Assembly: GCA_964426525.1 (NCBI GenBank)
Contig: CAYRQL010000002.1
Span: 12,753 to 76,752 of the forward strand
Source of the DNA: an uncultured Actinomycetota bacterium
Lineage (GTDB): Bacteria > Actinomycetota > Aquicultoria > SKW223 > CALKMS01
DNA length: 64,000 nt
Direction of reading: 5' to 3'
Shown here: piece after piece, positions 57,478 through 64,000 of the stretch
How the letters are laid out: every line of letters begins with the position of its first letter
Numbering within the stretch: position 1 is the first letter of the stretch
Notes under the pieces: model-generated
What the model was told of the DNA's origin: nothing
What the model saw: the letters and a program-made list of their open reading frames with translations, nothing else
The model's database searches: none
Made by a program: the position numbers and the translations under genes

Positions 57478-57592
57478 ATCCCTCCCGACCTCCCTTTAAA
57501 AAAGGGAAGAGCTCTATATCCCCCCTTTATTTACACACTCAAATGTTTATTCACCTTATTTATATAATTTATAAGGAGGATTAAGGGGGATA
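57478..57592. repeat. Pair of diverged, inverted REP-like palindromic elements
   Basis: Copy 1 is ATCCCTCCCGACCTCCCTTTAAAAAAGGGA (57478-57507). Copy 2, reverse-complemented, is ATCCCCCTTAATCCTCCTTAT...ATAAGG (57554-57591). Each carries an internal hairpin. Confidence 0.4.
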
Positions 57593-57760
57593 AAAAGAAA
57601 GTTTTTCCGAAACCCGAAGGCGCTACGGCACCTAGGGGGTCCGCTACATTGGTTTATTTAAATGACTTCCTTTTATTTAAGCTTTTATTTAAGAGAAGAT
57701 TCTGGAATTTATCGATCTAAAAAATATTTCTCAGAAATATTCGGCTAATTCAGCCTTAAC

Positions 57761-58201
57761 TTAAAGAGTAGTCTGACAGTAAGGGCAGACTGACCAGTCA
57801 AGCTGAAGAAGCTTGCTGCAATTTGGACAAGTCCTCTTCAATTTCTTAAAACAATAAGGACAAACGACAAAGTCCTTTTCCACCTGCCGATGGCAACCTG
57901 GGCAGAGGTAAATTTCGCATCTTAAGCGAGCTTCTTTTTCTTTTATTTCAAGCTCCCTTTCTTTTGCTTCTTCCAGATACTCAGGTGGTCGCAAAACTAA
58001 ATAAATTATCCAACCAAAAAAATTAAAAACTAGAACGGCCAGGGCCCAAAAAACGGCAAAGCTACCTCTCTTTTTTGCGTCGCGATAAGTCCAGATTATT
58101 AAACTAAACCAGAGAACAAGAAGAAAATAAAGGTTAAAGCGGAGAAAAGCTATAAAAAGCGGCGAAGTCAAAAAATCATATATCTTTTTAAAAACATCCA
58201 T
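57761..58201 (-). CDS. Membrane protein with a C-terminal double zinc ribbon
   Basis: Two TM helices, YLVLRPPE, then CPGC/CPYC/CPNC/CPYC; coupled to the valS stop. Confidence 0.85.
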   Translation of the reverse strand: MDVFKKIYDFLTSPLFIAFLRFNLYFLLVLWFSLIIWTYRDAKKRGSFAVFWALAVLVFNFFGWIIYLVLRPPEYLEEAKERELEIKEKEARLRCEIYLCPGCHRQVEKDFVVCPYCFKKLKRTCPNCSKLLQLDWSVCPYCQTTL

Positions 58202-60834
58202 TAGCCCAATTGATTAAGTAACTTTTCTAGTCTCTCCTGCGTTTCTAACTCTTCATTATATTTTAATTTGACTTTTTCTACCACTTCAGGCGAAGCTTTA
58301 CTTAAAAAAGCGGTATTTTTAAGCTTGCTTTCAAGTTGACTAATTGTTTTTCTGTTTTTTTGCAGTTCTTTTTGCAGTTTTTTCCTTTGCTCTTCAAGAT
58401 CAACCAACCCTTCTAGCGGCAAGTAAATTTCAACTCCCTTTTCTACCGAAAAAGCAGAGTTCAATGGCTTCTCCAATCTCTGACTAATTTGCGGAGCATT
58501 AGTGCGAGAAAGAAAAGCAAGAGCTTCTGACGCGTTTCGCAGAAAACTTTCTCGCCTTTCATCTGGCGGTTTTAAAAACAAATCAACCTTACGGCCCAAA
58601 GGAATACCTAAAGCGGCTTTAATCGACCTCACTCCAACCACCACTGATTTAAAAACTTCAGCCAACCTTTCGGCTTCATCATTAAGCCATTGTTCTTCCG
58701 CTTCGGGGTAAGGAGCAACCATAATGCTTTGTCCCTCAATTCCTGGTAAGAGCTGCCAAATTTCTTCAGTTATAAAAGGCATAATTGGGTGAAGCAGTCG
58801 TAAATAGTGTTCCAAAATATATAAAAGAATCCACCTGACTATTTCTTTTCGCTCCTCGGTTCCATGATAAAGATCGATTTTGCTAATCTCCAAATACCAA
58901 TCGCAAAAATCATCCCAGAAAAATTCGTAAAGAAGACGAGCCAAACGGCTAAAATCATACTCTTTAACAGCCTTTTCTGCTTCCAAACTCAAACGAGAAA
59001 AAGAATGAAGAATCCATTTATCAGCCCAGCTAAGTTCAGTTTTTTCTGGTCTTTGTCGCTTTCCTCCTAGATTCATCAAAACAAACCGAGCTGCATTCCA
59101 GATTTTGTTACAAAAGTCACGGTAGCCAGCCACGCGCTCGGTAGAAAGATAAATATCCCGGCCAGGAACAGCCAGGATTGTCAAAGTAAAACGCAAGGCA
59201 TCAGTTCCATACTCTTCAATCATTTCAAGAGGGTCTATAACATTACCCTTTGATTTGCTCATCTTTTGCCCAAACTGGTCGCGCACTAAAGTGTGAATTA
59301 GAACATTATAAAAAGGAACATCATCCATAAACTTTAAGCCCATCATAATCATTCGAGCTACCCAGAAAAAGATTATGTCATGAGAAGTCACTAGAACACT
59401 GGTCGGATAAAAATAGGAAAGCTCGGGTGTTTTTTCTGGCCAGCCAAGAGTAGCAAATGGCCAGAGGGCTGAAGAAAACCAGGTGTCCAGAACATCTTCA
59501 TCTTGCTTAATCTGACCCGAACCGCACTTTGGACAACTCGTTATTTCATCCTCTGAAGCTATCTCAGCATTACAATCTTCACAGTACCAAACTGGTATCC
59601 GATGCCCCCACCAAAGCTGTCGGGATATACACCAGTCGCGAATGTTTTCCATCCAATCAAAATAAATCTTCTCCCATTTCTTCGGATGAAACCTAACTTT
59701 ACCCTGGCGAACCACTTTAATTGCGGGTTCAGCCAGTGGCTTCATTTTGACAAACCATTGCTTGGAAAGTCGAGGCTCCACAGTAGTTGAACAGCGATAA
59801 CAAATACCAAGAGGTATCTCGTAAGTCTCGATTTTCTCTAATAAACCCTGACTCTTTAAGTCTTCTACAACTTTTTTCCGTGCTTCGTATCTATCAAGAC
59901 CCTGATACTTGCCGCCGTTTTCATTCACCATTGCTTTCTCATCAAAAATATTTATCATTGGAAGATTATGACGACGAGCTATTTCAAAATCATTGAAATC
60001 GTGAGCCGGAGTAACTTTAACTGCTCCAGTGCCAAACTCCTCAACCACTGTTTCATCAGCAATAATCGGAATTTCCCTCTCCATTAAAGGCAGAATTAAG
60101 GTCTTGCCGATAAGGTGATTATAACGTTCATCAGAAAGTGAAACGGCAACAGCAGTGTCACCGAGCATTGTTTCTGGACGAGTGGTCGCCACCGTTACAA
60201 ACCCTTCTTCGTTCTTTAAAGGATATTTTAAGTAGTAAAGCTCACCTATAGTTTCATTCCGCTCAACCTCAAGGTCAGACAGAGCAGTTAAACACCGTGG
60301 GCACCAGTTAATTATATAATCACCACGGTAAATCAATCCTTCATTATACAGGCTGACAAATACTTTCTTGACCGCCCGGGAATATTCTTCATCCATTGTG
60401 AAACGCTCCCGATTCCAATCACAGGAACAACCCAGGCGCTTCAACTGATTGATAATAGTAGTGCCGTAGACTTCTTTCCACTTCCAGACTCGTTCAACAA
60501 ACTTTTCCCTGCCCAGATTTTCTCGAGTCAGGCCATCCTTAGCTATTTCCCTTTCAACAACATTTTGAGTAGCTATACCAGCGTGGTCAGTTCCCGGAAG
60601 CCAAAGGGTTTCATACCCCTTCATCCGGCTTAAGCGAGTAAGAATGTCCTGCAAAGTGTTGTTTAAAGCATGCCCCATATGAAGAGACCCAGTAACATTT
60701 GGCGGAGGGATTACAATCGAAAAACTCTTCTTTTGAAAGTCAACTTGCGCCTCAAATAAATTCTGCTCAAGCCAGAATTCATACCACTTTTCTTCCACTT
60801 CCCGGTGGTCATAAGCTTTTGGCAAACTTTCCAT
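58201..60834 (-). CDS. valS: Valine--tRNA ligase
   Basis: PPPNVTGSLHMGH, DHAGIATQ, TTRPET, GTGAVKVTPAHD, WCISRQLWWGH, KMSKS. Confidence 0.99.
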   Translation of the reverse strand: MESLPKAYDHREVEEKWYEFWLEQNLFEAQVDFQKKSFSIVIPPPNVTGSLHMGHALNNTLQDILTRLSRMKGYETLWLPGTDHAGIATQNVVEREIAKDGLTRENLGREKFVERVWKWKEVYGTTIINQLKRLGCSCDWNRERFTMDEEYSRAVKKVFVSLYNEGLIYRGDYIINWCPRCLTALSDLEVERNETIGELYYLKYPLKNEEGFVTVATTRPETMLGDTAVAVSLSDERYNHLIGKTLILPLMEREIPIIADETVVEEFGTGAVKVTPAHDFNDFEIARRHNLPMINIFDEKAMVNENGGKYQGLDRYEARKKVVEDLKSQGLLEKIETYEIPLGICYRCSTTVEPRLSKQWFVKMKPLAEPAIKVVRQGKVRFHPKKWEKIYFDWMENIRDWCISRQLWWGHRIPVWYCEDCNAEIASEDEITSCPKCGSGQIKQDEDVLDTWFSSALWPFATLGWPEKTPELSYFYPTSVLVTSHDIIFFWVARMIMMGLKFMDDVPFYNVLIHTLVRDQFGQKMSKSKGNVIDPLEMIEEYGTDALRFTLTILAVPGRDIYLSTERVAGYRDFCNKIWNAARFVLMNLGGKRQRPEKTELSWADKWILHSFSRLSLEAEKAVKEYDFSRLARLLYEFFWDDFCDWYLEISKIDLYHGTEERKEIVRWILLYILEHYLRLLHPIMPFITEEIWQLLPGIEGQSIMVAPYPEAEEQWLNDEAERLAEVFKSVVVGVRSIKAALGIPLGRKVDLFLKPPDERRESFLRNASEALAFLSRTNAPQISQRLEKPLNSAFSVEKGVEIYLPLEGLVDLEEQRKKLQKELQKNRKTISQLESKLKNTAFLSKASPEVVEKVKLKYNEELETQERLEKLLNQLG

Positions 60835-60909
60835 CAGTTAAGAAAAAACCCCTCTCCACATTAAAATTTCAAAAAAATAAAATTTAAGATAGCAAAAAAA
60901 GGGGAAGGT

Positions 60910-62157
60910 TTAAAGAGAAATGACCCCTTTTTCGTCGCTGATAAGCGTGGGAGAAGCTTTTTTCTCAATTACTTCCTTAGTAATGATACATTTCTTAACT
61001 TCAGGCATGGAGGGTATATCGTACATCACTCCCAGTAAAGCTTCCTCTAAAACTGCCCGCAAACCCCGAGCTCCGCTAGCCCTCTTAAACGCTTTCTTGG
61101 CAATAGCCTTCAAAGCATCTTCGGTAAAAACTAACTCCACATTGTCTAATTCAAAAATCTTTCGATACTGTTTGACTAAAGAATTACGCGGTTCAGTTAA
61201 GATTCTTACCAAATCATCAACGGTTAAGTTGTCAACCGCGGTTATAACAGGGACGCGGCCAACAAACTCTGGAATCATCCCAAACTTTATTAAATCCTCC
61301 GGCAAAACCTGAGATAGAATTTCCCCAAGTGGCTTTTCTTTACGGCTTTTAACATCCGCACCAAAACCAATTCCTTTCTTACCAATGCGAAACTCAATAA
61401 TGTCGTCTAAACCAACAAAAGCACCACCAAGAATAAAAAGAATATTGGTGGTATCTATTTGAATAAACTCCTGATGCGGGTGTTTGCGACCACCTTGTGG
61501 AGGAACATTGGCTACTGTGCCTTCCAGAATTTTTAATAAAGCTTGTTGAACGCCTTCGCCTGAAACATCTCGAGTTATCGAAGGGCTTTCCGATTTCCGA
61601 GCAATTTTATCGACTTCGTCAATGTAAATTATTCCACTTTCGGCTCTCTTAACGTCGTAGTCAGCCGCTTGGATCAGCCGCAAGAGAACGTTCTCCACAT
61701 CTTCGCCCACATAACCAGCTTCAGTAAGCGAAGTAGCGTCAGCTATAGCAAAAGGAACATTTAAAAACCGAGCCAGCGTTTGAGCTAAAAGAGTTTTACC
61801 ACAACCAGTAGGACCCAGAAGCAGAATGTTGCTTTTCTGAAGTTCTACTTCGTCATGATGATGAACCTTATAAATTCTTTTGTAGTGATTATAAACAGCA
61901 ACAGCCAGAGTTTTTTTGGCTCTTTCCTGACCAACTATATACTGGTTCAGGTACTCGTAAACCTGCCTGGGCTTGGGAAGTTCTTCAAGCTTAACTTCTC
62001 TTTCCGCATCTAACTCTTCTTCTAAAATCTCATTGCAGAGGTCAACACATTCATCGCAAATATAAACGCCGGGTCCAGCAATTAGTTTTTTAACCTGACG
62101 TTGAGTTTTTCCACAAAATGAACATTTTAAGTGTTCACTTTCACTAAACCTTGCCAT
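60910..62157 (-). CDS. clpX: ATP-dependent Clp protease ATP-binding subunit ClpX
   Basis: CSFCGK...ICDEC zinc finger, [24 protein letters not shown]. Confidence 0.99.
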   Translation of the reverse strand: MARFSESEHLKCSFCGKTQRQVKKLIAGPGVYICDECVDLCNEILEEELDAEREVKLEELPKPRQVYEYLNQYIVGQERAKKTLAVAVYNHYKRIYKVHHHDEVELQKSNILLLGPTGCGKTLLAQTLARFLNVPFAIADATSLTEAGYVGEDVENVLLRLIQAADYDVKRAESGIIYIDEVDKIARKSESPSITRDVSGEGVQQALLKILEGTVANVPPQGGRKHPHQEFIQIDTTNILFILGGAFVGLDDIIEFRIGKKGIGFGADVKSRKEKPLGEILSQVLPEDLIKFGMIPEFVGRVPVITAVDNLTVDDLVRILTEPRNSLVKQYRKIFELDNVELVFTEDALKAIAKKAFKRASGARGLRAVLEEALLGVMYDIPSMPEVKKCIITKEVIEKKASPTLISDEKGVISL

Positions 62158-62165
62158 TATTCCAC

Positions 62166-62750
62166 CTACTTCCTCTGAGTTACCACTTCATCAATAATAC
62201 CATATTTCATTGCTTCTTCGGCTGACATTATAAAATCCCGTTCAGTATCTTTTTGAACTTTGTCTAAAGGCTGACCAGTATGTTTGGAAAGAATTTCATC
62301 TAAAACTTTGCGCAAACGTAAAATCTCCTTAGCTTGAATGTCGATGTCAGTTGCCTGACCTTGCACCCCTCCATGAGGCTGGTGAATTAAAACCCGAGAA
62401 TTTGGAAGAGCAAAGCGTTTTCCTTTAGCTCCAGCCGCCAACAAAACAGCTGCTCCACTTGCCGCCTGACCAATGCAGATAGTTGATACATCACTTTTTA
62501 TATACTGCATCGTATCGTAAATTGCCAGAGTAGCAGTGATCAAACCACCAGGTGAGTTAATATATAAAAAAACATCTTTGTCAGGGTCTTCTGATTCCAG
62601 ATGAATTAACTGAGCAATAACCACATTAGCGGCGTGGTCATCGATTTCATTTCCCAAAAAAACTATTCGCTCGGAAAGAAGTCGCGAATAAATGTCGTAA
62701 GAACGCTCACCCCTGTTTGTCTGTTCCACTACTATCGGTATCAGTCCCAC
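62166..62750 (-). CDS. clpP: Clp protease proteolytic subunit
   Basis: [22 protein letters not shown] (catalytic Ser), IHQP, ERD. Confidence 0.99.
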   Translation of the reverse strand: MGLIPIVVEQTNRGERSYDIYSRLLSERIVFLGNEIDDHAANVVIAQLIHLESEDPDKDVFLYINSPGGLITATLAIYDTMQYIKSDVSTICIGQAASGAAVLLAAGAKGKRFALPNSRVLIHQPHGGVQGQATDIDIQAKEILRLRKVLDEILSKHTGQPLDKVQKDTERDFIMSAEEAMKYGIIDEVVTQRK

Positions 62751-64000
62751 TCTTTTCTACCTCTCTTTCTTTCTTAGTTTTATTTTTTGTCTCTGTTTTT
62801 ATTTTAACCTCTTTTGCGTTTTCTACCAAATAATTTAACGTCTTTTTTAAGAGAATGTCATACTCAAGAAGAGGCATTTCATTATTTCTGGTCATTTCTT
62901 CTTTAAGCTGCTCTTTGCTGGCTCCCGTGCGACGAGCTAAAAGTTCAATCTCTTCATCAATGTCTTTTTCGGTAACTTTTAGACCTTCTTTTTCAGCTAT
63001 CTTCTCTAAAACCAGCTCAGTCTTAGCAGTTTGTTCAGCCTGAGAACGAAATTCGTTTCTTAAGTCTTCAATTGTTTTACCTGTCTCTTCTAGATAGCGC
63101 TCAAGAGTTAAGCCTTCCCGACGAACTCGAAAGTCAAGCAAGCGAATCATCTCTTCTATTTGCCGATTAATCAAAGTTTCTGGCACCTCGACCTCTGCCC
63201 ATTCAACAACTTGGCTTAAAACGGCTTCTCGAAAAAGAGACTCAGATTGCTGTTTCTTTAATAAACCAAGCTGCTCCTTGAGTTTTTCTTTCAACTCTTC
63301 AAGACTATTATATGCCCCCACCTGTTTAGCAAACTCATCACTGGCTTCCGGCAAGACTTTTTCCTTAAGCTCCTTGATAATTACCTGAAAATCCACGGTT
63401 TTGCCAGCAACTTCCTTAGCAAAATAATCTTCATCAAAAGTCAAAGAAAATTCCAGAACATCTCCGGGTTTTGCTCCATAAATCTTATCTTCAAAGCCAG
63501 GCATCAAATAACCCTGACCCAGCTCGACAACGAAATCCTGAGCCGTTGCTGATTCCAGCACCTGACCATTGATTTTCCCAGTAAAACTCATTAACACAAA
63601 ATCGCCTTTTTTAATCGGCCGACTTTTCGTCGGCTTTAAAGTTGCAAAGCGGTTTCGGAGAATATCTACTTGTTCTTTAACTTCTTCTTCAGTTACCTCA
63701 GCTGATATTCTTTTTGCTTCAACTCCCAGGTAGTTTTCAACTTTGACTTCCGGTTTGACTTCTACCTCGAACTTGAAAACAAGATCTTCGCCTTCACGAG
63801 CCGATACAAGCTCAACTTTTGGTCTATCTATTGGTTTCAGTTTAAGCTTATCCACTGCTTGAAGATAGAATTGAGGCAAAAGAATTTCTAAAGCCTCAGC
63901 TAAAATCGCTGCTTCCCCTACTCTCCTTTTTAGTATATCCGGGGGTACTTTTCCTTTACGAAAACCAGGTATGGTTACGCTTTCAGACAGCTTACGATAG
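62707..64000 (-). CDS. tig: Trigger factor; the 5' end lies beyond the window (the ORF-track start at 63879 is internal)
   Basis: The frame stays open to 64000 and reads [23 protein letters not shown] (GFRKGK signature); FKBP-like middle domain; tig-clpP-clpX synteny. Confidence 0.96.
   Translation of the reverse strand, partial: YRKLSESVTIPGFRKGKVPPDILKRRVGEAAILAEALEILLPQFYLQAVDKLKLKPIDRPKVELVSAREGEDLVFKFEVEVKPEVKVENYLGVEAKRISAEVTEEEVKEQVDILRNRFATLKPTKSRPIKKGDFVLMSFTGKINGQVLESATAQDFVVELGQGYLMPGFEDKIYGAKPGDVLEFSLTFDEDYFAKEVAGKTVDFQVIIKELKEKVLPEASDEFAKQVGAYNSLEELKEKLKEQLGLLKKQQSESLFREAVLSQVVEWAEVEVPETLINRQIEEMIRLLDFRVRREGLTLERYLEETGKTIEDLRNEFRSQAEQTAKTELVLEKIAEKEGLKVTEKDIDEEIELLARRTGASKEQLKEEMTRNNEMPLLEYDILLKKTLNYLVENAKEVKIKTETKNKTKKEREVEKSGTDTDSSGTDKQG

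Noticed and set aside
62707-63879. ORF-track start of trigger factor at 63879
   Set aside because: The frame is open to the window edge and contains the GFRKGK motif upstream, so the true start is outside the window.

Overview
This is a 64 kb, AT-rich, very gene-dense stretch of core chromosome, with most genes on the minus strand. It probably comes from a monoderm anaerobic bacterium; the ClpX N-terminus, the LCP/TagO genes and apparent leaderless starts suggest a deep-branching Actinomycetota-like lineage (inference only). Housekeeping content: mltG (partial), ruvX, alaS, a SAM-byproduct cluster (PNP-like, ahcY, diguanylate cyclase, class II aldolase, mtnA), fabZ, murA, a complete H+-type F1Fo ATP synthase operon, folK, folP, ahbD, hemB, leuS, nfo, argS, htrA, tRNA-Leu(GAG), valS, clpX, clpP and tig (partial). 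I found no CRISPR array, prophage, IS element or rRNA. The strongest finding is an 11-gene complex I operon (nuoABCDHIJKLMN, no nuoEFG) whose NuoI is split by an in-frame, roughly 470-aa GltD/NfnB/DsrL-like FAD/NAD(P)H + Fe-S module. This suggests a complex I with its electron-input module built into NuoI. Also notable: a head-to-head Elp3 + Trm9/ALKBH8-like pair (possible eukaryote/archaea-type mcm5U34 pathway in a bacterium), a membrane-anchored 12-heme NapC/NirT-type cytochrome with tandem di-heme repeats, and a PNP homolog that has lost its phosphate-binding residues. All calls come from motif recognition by eye; no database searches were run.
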